Below are positions 30,744-42,700 of a DNA stretch of 58,661 bases, piece after piece. The stretch comes from an uncultured Verrucomicrobia subdivision 3 bacterium (GTDB lineage: Bacteria; Verrucomicrobiota; Verrucomicrobiia; Limisphaerales; UBA8199): contig CAIWJG010000374.1 in the NCBI GenBank assembly GCA_903912925.1, positions 1 through 58,661 of the forward strand. Direction: 5' to 3'. The position numbers and the translations under genes are program-made. The notes under the pieces were generated by a model. It had not been told where the DNA came from. It did not search any database and worked only from the letters and a program-made list of their open reading frames with translations. How positions within the stretch are numbered: position 1 is the first letter of the stretch; every line of letters begins with the position of its first letter.

Positions 30744-33700
30744 TTACGGAGCCGGGTTAACTGCGATCGACCGGTAGAAGACCGGCGCAGGATTGCTCAC
30801 CACGCAGGACCACGTGCCGCTCGGGCTGGACGCGGTATTCGTGCCACCCACCACCGGTATCCACGCCGACATGGGCGCCTTGATATTTCCGCTCGCCACC
30901 ACGTAATACAGCGCTCCCGGCGTGCCGAGCGCGTTGAGGCTGTAGGTGCCGATGCCGTTCTTGGTGAGGGACTTAATCACGTTGACGTAACTGTAGATAA
31001 CACTGCTCGTCACCACTTGATCCAGCGCGCTGGAAGAGTTGGCCGGGAAAGCACCATTGCCCAGATACTGAGCTATGATGGCGTTGTGCCCTATCGGCAG
31101 GGCGGTGGTGCTGGCAGTGGCGATCCCGCCGCTCAGCGCGTTGGTGGCAAACGGCGTGCCGTTGGCCAGGAAGACCACATTCCCCGTCGGGAGAGCCAAC
31201 GGCGGCACTCCGGTCACCGTGGCAGTAAACGTCACGCTGGCCAACTCCACCGAAGGATTGGTGCTGGAGACGAGGCCCACTGAGCTGCTCGATCCGGTAA
31301 TGACGCCGGTGTGGTCCGGAGCGTAGGTGTAGCTGTAATTGGCTCCACCATTGCCGTCATTAACCAGGCCCGCCGGGGTCAGCGTCTTGCTCACACCCGC
31401 GTTCGAGTTGTCATAGCTCTCGGTCCAGGCTGGCGCAGTGTCGCCGTGCTGAATGTTGCCCGCCGTGAGGGCCGGTATCGCCGCTGCCGTGGTCGTGCCG
31501 TCGTAGGCCTTGGTGTTGGTGGCTGCCGTCACCGTCAGGTTCGTCGCAACGACCGTCACCGTGCCGCTCACACCGGCCACCGTGTAGTTGGCCGCTGCTG
31601 ACCCGCCCAGTGACAGGCCAGGCACACCATAGAAGGTCGCCACCGCGCCCGCCCAGATCGCAGGCCCGCTGATCGTGCCGCCCGAATTCGCGGTTCCAGT
31701 TCCCGAGACGATCTTTTCGAGCGCATACACCCTCGAGTTAAAGGTCGACTGGAAGTAGCTGGACTGCGCATTGGTGACCGTGCTGAAGGAGTTCAAGACA
31801 CTCCCCAGCGTTTGGGCGCTGTTGGTAAGCCCGATCGCGCCGATCCACAGCTCGTTCCCCAGCGACGTGCTGGACGTAGTGCCGGTTACCGCGTTGGTGC
31901 CGATGCCCGTTGCATTGGCCGTCTGATCCACAGCGGCGCTCGTCAACATCCCGCTATACTCGACCACGATCGCACAGGAGCGGAGCGATGCGGCCTGACT
32001 GATGGTCACCGCGGTACCCGCACTGGCGCCGACTGGCGCATACCAGATTTCGGTGGTCACGCCGTTGGTATTATTCCCCGGGTTCGCCGCTTGTGACGCA
32101 CGTTTCCAAGTGGTCACATTGGCCTGGGTAATCGAGGTGACAGTGTTGTTAGTGGTGCCGCGCGTGGCGATCACCGCGACCAGGGTGTTCCCGCTCGTGG
32201 GAGCACGGCCCAAGGTCACCGCGAAGGTGGCCGCGCCGTTGCCGGAGACGCCGAAGGTAGCGACCTGCACCCGCGCCGGTGCCGCGTAGGTGGCGGACAG
32301 GACAGCTTCCGGTCCGGCATTCCTGCCGGCAATCACCGCGGTGCCCGACAGAGTCAGATTCGCACCATCAAGGTTGTTCGGAATCGAGAGGTTGCTCGAA
32401 TCGATCACCGGGAACCCATCGTAGTTCTTGCTGCCGGCCACCGTGATCGGCCGGGCGGTAATGACTAGATTGGAAACCGCCGACGAGCTACCCGCATAAA
32501 CCACTGCCGGATCGCTGAACAGCGCCTGGATGGCGTGAGGCGCCCCACCGTTGACCGCGAGGTTAACGGTCAGACTGGCCGTCCCGCCACTCACCGGTGC
32601 CGTGCCCACAACGATTCCGCTGTCCTTGAACGACACGTTCCCGCTCACCGTGCTAAGATCGCTGGCGACAACGTTCGCGCTCAGGACCGTAGCGCCGTAA
32701 ACCTGCGGTGTGGCAATCGTGCCCAGAGTCGTGGTCGTCGGAGTCGCGGTGGAGATGATATGGAGATTCACCTGACCGCCGCTGACTACGATGCTGCCGG
32801 CAAATCCGAGCCCAATGCTCGTGCCGATGACCGTGCAAGGGCCGGTGGCGACGACATCGCCGCTGGCCTGCTGGATCACCGGGTAATCGCCCACCTCTAA
32901 CGGGTTGGCGGTGTTGACCGTGAACTGGTTGCCGCCCAGCGACACCGTGCCCTGCGAGACGCTGATGGCAGGATGCGTCCCGTCGTAAGTTAGAACGATC
33001 GGCCGTGAACCCAGATCGACCGTGCCGCCAACCGGCCCGACGATCGTGGCGGCGCTGGCGTTTCCATCCGCGGTTATTGTCGCGGCGCCGCCCAGCGTGT
33101 AGGTGCCCGAGACAGCAGACACGTCAAGGGTCGCGCCGGCCGCCAGGGTGACACTGGAGGAGCTGGCTAGCGAATGGCCCAGTGCCAGCGTGCCCGCGTT
33201 GATGAGGGTGTTGCCGGCGTAGGTGTTGACGCCCGATAGCGTCTGCTTGCCGATGCCGTTCTTGATCACGGCCAGGTGGCCGTCCACCGTGCCGCTGTAG
33301 GCATAGGCACCCGAGCCGCCGAGCGTCAGGAGGCTCGCCGTGCCACTCGAATTGCGGACGCTACGGATGCCCGCGGTCGCCCCGAAGTCGGCCACGCCAA
33401 CCAGGGTCTGGCTGTTGCCGTTGAGATCCAGCACCGAGCTGTTGCCCGGAGCCGACAAATACACCACGGTGCTGGCAGGCAACCGGTTGTTGCCGCCGCT
33501 GAGTTTCACGTCCGCGATGGCGCCCGAGTTGGTGATGTAGGTGTTGCCGCCATAGGTGGCGATGTTCGTGACTGTGGTCGCCGTAAAGAAGTTCGCGCCA
33601 GGGATCGGACTGAAGTCTACGTCGCTGGGCGCCTTCCACAGCACCTGCAAGCCGTTGCCGCCAGTGCCCTCATTGTAACGAACGATAATATCGTGGTAAC

Positions 33701-36700
33701 CGACCGACATATCTTTGCTGCCACTGGCCAATACATTGACACTACCGTTATACGCCGTGGCCTGAGCCGTGATCGGATTATCCGAAGGCGGGTCAATCCA
33801 TATAGAGCTGCTGTCGTCGCTTATGGTCCCGAACGAGTAAGTGCCGGCGCTGGCAATGTAAACCTTGCCGCGGTATTCCACCGTGTAGGTATTCACGTAG
33901 TTCGTCGGGAACGGCCCCGGGGCAGCCACACCGCAGCCATTGGTCTCGCTGAAGGCCTCTTGGTCCACGAGCGCCATGTTGATAGACTGCGTCGCGTAGC
34001 CGATCGTCCCGGCGGCCGTGGAATCGGTCGGCGCGGGACTGGGACTGGTTACGCTGAATCTTGCGCCCTGTAACAAGGCATCAGATACGTTTGCCCAGGC
34101 CCGAATGGATAGGCCATTCGCGTAAGTGGTGCTGTAACTATAATTAGTCCCCAGCGTGTAGCTATTCGCAGCGGCCACCACAAACGTGACCTGATCGCTG
34201 CCATCGCCCGCGCCAAAGAACGTGACGTCGCCACTTCCGCTAATGGCTGAGTCAAAGTTCACCGTGGAGGACGCCGCGGCTTGCCCGCGAATCTGGGTAT
34301 TGCCCTGCAACGTCAGCGGACCGGTGAAGGTGATCTCGCCACCAGGCACGAAGGTGTGCAACGCACCGCCGTCAACACCCATGCCGCTAAGCTGCATTGG
34401 CGTGCTGACGGTCTGACCAGCAAAGCCTGAGGCAAAGCTCACCTCAGCTCCATTCTGCACGGTGATTGCGCTCGTGGAGCCCATGGCGCCCAAAGCACTG
34501 TATTCCAACGTGCCGGCGCCAACGGTCGTCGCACCAGCGTAGGTGTTCACGCCCGAGAGCGTCAGCTTGCCGCCGCCCCACTTGTTGAGGCTGCCCGACA
34601 CAATCGCGCCGGAGATGACCGCGTCCGCGTCGTTCGTGATGGCGCTCTGGCTCGCCAGTGACAGCGAGCTGCCCGTGATGGTGTGGCCCGCGCCCTGGAT
34701 GTCAAGCGCACCTGCCGTCATCGGCTGGACCAGCGTGACTGTCCCGGTCTTGTTCGACGGGAAGATGGCGGTGTCCGTGGCGCCCCGGTTATTGTCCCAA
34801 GCCGTCGAGCCATTATTCCAGTTGAGGTCGATGCTGTTCCACTGGCCGGTGCCGGCGCCGTTGTTCCACACCATGTAGCGCGGCACAGTCGTCCGCCCGG
34901 TCGCATCAATGACGACGTGGAAGGCGGCGAAGCCCGTGACTTGCAGCTCGCCGCTCACGAGGAAGTACTCGTAGACCGTGTAGTCCATATGCACCGAGGC
35001 TACCTCATTGCTGACCGCGATCGTGCCCGGCACGTCATTCGTGAGTGCTGCTCCGTAGCCGCTCAAGTCAATGCTGCCACTGGCCGTCCCGCCGTAGTAG
35101 GCCAGGGCGGACACAGCAAACACCACGTTGGACAACGTGAATGACCCGTCGGCGGGGTTGATCGGGGCTAGCGTCGCTTTGCCCGGGTTGCCATTGTAGA
35201 GCGTGGCGGGCTGTTCGAGCGTGCCGACCGTGGCGGTCACTGGAACTACCAGTGAACCCAGTGTCCACGTCAGACTCAGGACATAGGGTTGCATGGCGAC
35301 GTAGCGGAAGTCCTGCATCGCGATCTGCGTCGGGTGGCTGATCGAATCAAGCTGGAAGGACATAGAACCATTCAGGTTCTGCGTCTGGTTGGTACATTGC
35401 ATCCCGAGGTCAATAATAGTGCCCCCCAGGTCGCTGCTCGGATCGAGGCAGATGTTAATGTTCAGGGAGCTATTGGTCGCCAACTGCAGCGTGAACTCCG
35501 GCATGACGGTGAACATCATGCTGCTGGTTGCGCTGCCACATGGCGAGCCGGTGCTGGTCAGGGTCAGCGCCCAAGAGCCCGCCGATTTCTCCGATGCCGA
35601 CGGGGTGTAGGCCGCGTTCAACGTGGTGGCATCCGGGCTGAAAGTGCCCGCACCGCCGCTCCACGTGCCGCCCGTGGCCGTGCCGCCCACGCTGCCAGCC
35701 AACACGATATTGGTCGACAGCGAGGCGAGCAGGGTCTGGTTCGGCCCCGCGTTGGCGGTAGGCAGCGCCCGAATGGTCACGATCACTTGCGCCGTGCCCG
35801 GTGAGACCTCCGCAGGTTGGCCCGTGGTCGTTAGGGTGAGCGTAACCGTGCCGCTCGAATCATCCGCTGCCGACGGAGCATAGCTCGCGTTCAGCGTGGT
35901 ATTGTCTGGCGCGAAGGTGCCCGTGCCCAAAGACGTCCAGATGCCGCCCGTGGCGCCGTTGCCCACCGAGCCCCCTAGCCCCGCTGTGCTATGCGTAGCG
36001 CAGATGGTCTGGTCGCCGCCCGCACTCGCGGACGCCGCCGAACGGATCGTCACTACCACTTGTGCCGTAGCGCCCGCGCAAGGCAGGGCGGTCAACGTCA
36101 GTGTGACGGTGCCCGCCGTATTGTCGGCTGCCGTCGGAGTATAAGTCGCGTTCAGCGTCGTTGCATCCGGCACGAAGGTGCCCGTGCCCGAAGACGTCCA
36201 GAGGCCGCCCGTGGCGGTGGCGCCCACGCTGCCGCCCAACGGCGCCGTGCTGTGGCCCACGTAGATCGTCTGGTTGCCGCCCGTGCTGGCCGCCTCCAGC
36301 GGGTTCACCGTCAGCACCGCCGGCGGCACCGAGGTCTGCGAAGGAGTGCAGGCGCCACTAACGATCACCTGGTATTGGTTACCGCTGTTGGCCACCGTTG
36401 TGACTTCGTTGGTGTAGCAGGCATTCGTCGCCGTGTCGCTGATGTTGGTGAACGTCACCCCGCCATCCGCGCTCACCTGCCATTGATAGGTCAAGGCTGT
36501 GCCCGTGGCCGTCACGCAGAAGCTGGCTGGCGATCCGGCGCAAACCGTGGCATTGGCCGGGTGGCCTGCAATCGCTGGCAGCGCATGGATGGTCACCACC
36601 ACGTGCGCCGTGGCCGCGCTGCAAGGCGCTTGTTGACCCGTCGAGGTCAGCGTCAGCGTCACGGTGCCCGCCGAATTATCCGCCGCCGACGGAGTATATG

Positions 36701-39700
36701 TTGCGCCCAGCGCAGTCGCATCCGGCGCGAACGTGCCGGTGCCCGTGGACGACCAGTCGCCGCCCGTGGCGCCGCCGCTCACGGTGCCGCCCAAAGCAGC
36801 TGTGCTCTGGCCCGCACAGATCGTCTGGTTAGCCCCCGCGCTGGCCACCGCCGCCGCGTGGATGGTGATCGTCATCGCGGAACTCACCGGCCCGCAAGGC
36901 GCAACCTGACCGCTCGTGGTCAAAGTCACCGTCGCGCTACCAGCCGAGATCTCGGCCGCCGTGGGAGTGTAGGTCGCGCTCAGGCTCGTATGGTCCGGCG
37001 CGAAGGCGCCTGCGCCGCTCCAGGCTGCACCGGTCGCCCCGCCGCCGATTGAGCCGGCCAGCGTCACGGTCGGGCTGCTCGAGCAGACCGTCTGGTTAGC
37101 ACCGGCGTTAGCCGTGGCCACCGGGTGGATGGAGACAATGACGTGCGCCGTCGCTGCGCTGCAAGGTTCCTGGCCTGTCGTGGTCAGTGTCAGCGTCACG
37201 GTGCCCGCCGAGGTATCGGCTGCCGTCGGAGTATAGCTCGCGTTGAGTGTCGTCGCGTTCGGCACGAAGGAGCCTGTGCCCGAGGACGTCCATGTGCCAG
37301 TCGTCGCACCGCCGCTCACCGTGCCGCCCAGGCCCGCTGTGGGGGTATCCGAGCAGATTGTCTGGTTGCCGCCGGCGCTGGCGGTGGCCGCCTGGTGGAT
37401 CGTAATCGTCATCGACGCGCTCACCGCCCCGCAAGGGCCGATTGGATCGTCGGTCGTCAACGTCACCGTTGCGGTGCCCGCCGCAATTTCGGACGCCGTG
37501 GGAATGTAAACCGCGTTCATAATAAACGCGTTCTGCACAAACCGGCCGGCCCCGGACCACTTCGCGCTGGTCGCCGCGCCACCGAATGAGCCCGCCAACT
37601 GCGTGTTGGGGCTGGTCGCGCAAACCGTCTGGTTCGGCCCCGCATTCACCTGCGCTGCCGGGTTAATGGTAATCGTGCTGGTCGCGATCGCTGGCGTGCA
37701 AATCGCCGTCGGATCATGTGCCGTCAAGGTCACCGTCGTGGTGTGCGCGGCGATTTCATCCGCGCTGGGCGTGTAAACCGCGTTCAGGGACGTGGCATTC
37801 GGCGCGAATGTGCCGGCGCCGCTCCACGCGGCGGTGGTTGCTCCGCCACCGAACGAGCCCAGCAACGGGACGCTAGGACTGCTCGCACAAACCACCGTCT
37901 GATTCCCGACGATCACGATCTGGGCCGTAGGCGGCTGATCAACGGTCAGTTCGGCTGGCGGTGCGGAAGTAACCGCCGGACTGCAGGCGCCACTGACGAT
38001 GACCTGGTAGAACTTCCCGCTGTCGGCCAGCGTGGGAGTCAGGTTCGTGTAGTTCGCATTGGTTGCGGTGTCGCTCACGTTCGTGAAGGTGACGCCGTAA
38101 TCGAGGCTCACCTGCCACTGATAGGTCAAAGCCGTGCCCGTGGTTTCCACGGAGAGGACGACCGGGGATCCGGCACAAACCGTCTGGTTGGCCGGTTGAC
38201 CCGTGATGGCCGGCAGCGCATGGACAGCTACCACCAATTGCGCCGTGGCTGGCGTGCAAGGCGTAAGCTGGCCCGTTGTGCTCAGGGTCAGCGTCGCCGC
38301 GCCCGCCGTCTTATCGGCGGCCGACGGAGTGTAGGTCGCATTGAGTGCCGTCGCGTTTGGCGTGAAGGTGCCGCCCGTGGTTGACGACCAGGTGCCGCCC
38401 GTGGCCCCGCCGCCCACCGTGCCGCCCAGCCCGGTCGTGATCTGGTCCGCGCAGATGGTCTGGTTGCCGCCCGTGCTGGCCGTTGCCGCCGGATGGATGG
38501 TGACCGTCACATGCGCGACGGCTTCGGCGCAAGGCGTAAGCTGGCCCGTCGAACTGAGCGTCAGCGTCACCGCGTTCGCCGAAATATCGGCTGCCGACGG
38601 AGTGTAGGTCGCATTGAGCGTCGTTGCGTTTGGCGTGAAGGTGCCGCCCGTCGCCGACGACCAAGTGCCGCCCGTAGCAGCGCCGCCCACCGTGCCGCCC
38701 AGGCCCGCTGTGCTGCTGCCCGCACAGATCGTCTGGTTGGCGCCCGCGCTGGCCGTCGCCACCGGGTGGATCGTAATCGTCATCGTGGAAGTCACTGCCT
38801 CGCAAGGCCCAACCGGATCATTGCTCGTCAAGGTCACCGTCGCGCTGCCCGCTGAGATTTCGGACGCGGTAGGTGTATAGGTCGGGCTCATACCGAATGG
38901 ATTCGGCGTAAACCTGCCGGCACCACTCCAGACCGCGTTGGTTGCCGCGCCACCGAATGACCCAGCCAACTGCGTGATCGGACTGCTCGCGCAGACCGAC
39001 TGGTTCGGCCCCGCATTCACTGTCGGCGCCGGGTCGATCTTAATGGCCGTCGTGGAGACTGCCGGCCGGCAATCGCCGAGATCGCTCACGGCCGTTAAAC
39101 TGACCGTTGCGGTGCCCGCCAGGATTTCGGCGGCGGTGGGAGTGTAAGTGACGTTCAGGACGTTGTTGGTCGGCGAGAACGTGCCGGCACCGCTCCAGGT
39201 GGCGCTGGTCGCCGAGCCTCCGGTCGAGCCGATCAGCGCCGTCGCGGCACTGGTGGCGCACACCGTGTGATTGACGCCGGCGTCAGCCGTCGGCGCTGTC
39301 AGTATGGTCAGCCACACCGGCGAGGAGGTCAGCGGCGGACAGGAGGCCACCGTGACAACGACCTGGTAGAGGTTGTTGTCCTCGGCGAATGAAGGCGCCG
39401 GGTTCGTGTAGCTCGCGTGGGTCGCGTTGACAATGAGGTTCGTGAAGGTGATGCCGTAATCGACGCTCACCTGCCACTGATACGTCGCGCCCACGCCCGT
39501 CGCGATCACGGAGTACACCGCGGGCGTGCCCGCGCAAACGGTCACGCTGGCCGGCTGCCCGGTAATCGCCGGAGCCGCATGGATGGTCACGGTCATTTGC
39601 GTCACGGCTGCACTGCAAGCCGGATTCTGGCCCGAGGTGGTCAACGTCAGCGTCGCCGTGCCCGCCGCAACTTCGGCGACCGACGGAGTATAGGTCGCGT

Positions 39701-42700
39701 TCAAGGTCGTCGCGTTCGGCGTGAAGACGCCCGCGCCCGACGATGTCCAGGTGCCGCCCGTGGCGCCGCCGCCCACCGTCCCGCCCAAGCCCGCCGTGGG
39801 GCTGCCCGCGCAGATGGTCTGGTTGCCGCCCGAACTCGCCGTGACCGGCGCGCCAGTGGTCAGCACCGCCGGCGGTGCGGACGTCACCGAGCCCGTGCCT
39901 TCGGCAACAATCACCTGGTATTGTTTGCCATTGTCGACGGGCGGCGTGGTTAGGTTCGTGTAGCTGGCATACGTCCCGTTGGCGAGGATGTTGGTGAAGG
40001 TCACGCCGTTATCCATGCTCGCCTGCCATTGATAGGTCAAACCCACCGCGTTGGTCAGCACCACGGTAAAGATGGCCGGGGTCCCGGAACAAACTTCCAC
40101 ATTGGTCGGTTGCTGGGAAATCTGCAGCAGGCTGATCTCACCCGTGCTCACGGGCGTGTAGGTGTAGCTGTAATTCAGCCCGGTGTTGCCGTCGGTCACC
40201 TTGAGCGCCACCGGAGTCATCGTCTTGCCCGTGCCCGGGTTCGAATTGTCGTAGGTCTCCGTCCAGGTTGGCGCGGTGTCGCCGGTCTGAATGGTGCCCG
40301 CCGTGATGGTGGGATTCGCCGCGGCGCTGGTCGTGCCGTCGAAGATCTTGGTGTTGGCCACGGCCGTCACCGTCAGGTTGGTCGCGTTGATCACACCCGT
40401 GATGATCGGCGCGTAGGTGTAGCTGTAATTATTGCCGCTATTGCCGTCGGTCACCTTCAGCGGCGCCGGCGTCAGCGTCTTGCCCGTGCCCGCGTTCTTG
40501 TCGCTGTAAGCCTCCGTCCAGATCGGCGCACTGTCGCCGGCCTGAATGGCACCCGCCGTGATGGTGGGATTCGCCGCGGCACTGGCCGTGCCATCGTAGA
40601 TCTTGGTGTTGACCGCAGCCGTCACCGTCAGGTTGGTCGCGTTGATCGCGCCCGTGACCACCGGCGTGTAGGTGTAGCTGTAGTTGTTGCCGCTATTGCC
40701 GTCGGTCACCTTCAGCGCCGCCGGGGTCAGCGTCTTGCCCGTGCCCACGTTCTTGTCGCTGTAGGCCTCCGTCCAGGTCGGCGCACTGTCGCCGGTCTGG
40801 ATGGCGCCTGCCGTGATGGTGGGATTTGCCGCGGCAGTCGCATTGCCGTTGTAGATCCTAGTGTTGACCACCGCCGTCACCGTCAGGTTGGTCGCGTTGA
40901 TCACACCCGTGATGATCGGCGTGTAGGTGTAGCTGTAGTTGTTGCCGCTGTTGCCATCGGTGACTACACCGGCCGGCGTCAGCGTCTTGCCCGTGCCCGC
41001 GTGCTTGTCGCTGTAGGTCTCCGTCCAGCTCGTGGCCGTATCGCCGGTCTGGATGGTGCCCGCTGTGATCGTCGGTATAGCGGCAGCGCTGGTCGTGCCA
41101 TTGTAAACCTTGGTGTTAGCGGCGGCCGTCACCGTCAGGTTGCTCTGCGCGACCGCCACCGTGCCGCTGGTAGTCAGCGTGTAGTTGGATGCTGCGGCCC
41201 CAGCCAGGGTCAACACTGAGTATTTCGCCCGGAAGGTCGCAATCGCGCCCGACCATTGCGAGGACGCGCTGACCGTGCCGCCCGAAGTCGCGGCTCCCGA
41301 TGCCGCCACAACCAGCTCGAGCGCATAGACCTTGGCATTGGCGCTGGCGCTGGCACCAGCGGACACTGCATTGGTGGGCGAGGTGAATCCACCATTAGTG
41401 CTCGTCAAGGTATAGGTGCTGTTGACAAGCCCGATGCCGCCCACCCACACCTCGTTCGCCTGCGTGGTCGCGGGCGTCGTGCCCGTGACTGCGGCCGTAC
41501 TGTTGGCGTTGGAATTGGCAACCTGGTCCAGCGCGCCGGCAGTCAGCACGCCGCTATATTCCATCACGATCGCCGCGGAACGAAGGCTGGCCTGAGTGAT
41601 GGTCACCAACGCTGCCGCGTTCAACACATTGGGCGCATACCAGATTTCGGTGGTCGAACCGCCAGTGCCCACGGATTGCGACGCGCGCGACCACGTGGCC
41701 CCGGTTTGTGCGATACTTGTCACCCTGCCGCTGGAAGTGCCGCGCGTGGAGATCACCGCGATCATCGTGTTCCCGTTGGCCGGAGCAGCCGACATTGTCA
41801 CCGCGATGGTGGTTGCGGCCGCGGCGGGCGTGGCGCCAGTGGCAAACCGCACGCGCGTCGGCGTAGTCGGCGTGTAGCTGACGGCCTGTGATCCGCTATT
41901 CCTGCCGGCCAACAGAACGAGACCGGTGGCGGGCGCCAGAGAAACACTGTCTCCACCAACGACGCCCGACAGGGCCAGACCTTGCGCGGGCGTAACGTTA
42001 GTTCCGCCGTCGTAGGTCTTGGTGCCGGCCAGCGTTAGCGCCTTGGCCGTGATGACCACGTTGGAGACTGCGGACACACTGTTCGTATAACGACCGGTGG
42101 GGTCATTGAACAGGGCTTGGATGGGATGAGCTGCTCCCCCGTTTACCGTCAGGTTAGTGGCCAGACTAGCTGTTCCGCCGGACAATGGGACGACCGCCAG
42201 GGTGGTGGTGCTGTCCATGAACGTCACGCTCCCGGTCGCTCCGCTGGGGAGAACCGTAGCGCTCAGGACCGTGGTGCCGTAGGCCTTTGGAGAGCTAACA
42301 CTGGCAGGAACCAGCGCTACGGTCGTGTTAGTCGGGGTCAGGATAGTCACGACCAAATTCGTCGTAGCGACACAAGGCGCCTGCTGGCCCGTGGCGGTCA
42401 ACGTCAGCGTGACCGTGCCGGCCGTCTTATCGGCTGCCGACGGAGTATAGGTCGCGTTGAGCGTCGTCGCGTTCGGATTGAATGTTCCGAGGCCCGGGGA
42501 CGACCAGGTGCCGCCCGTGGCACCGCCGCCATAGGTGCCGCCCAAGCCCGTCGTGCTTACGCCCGCGTAGATCTGCTGGTTGCCGCCCGCGCCCACCGTG
42601 GCCGCCAGGCGAATCGTCACCACCACTTGCGCCGTCACGGCACCGCAAGGCGTTTGCTGGCCCGCCGTAGTCAGCGTCAGCGTCACCGTCCCGGCACTGA

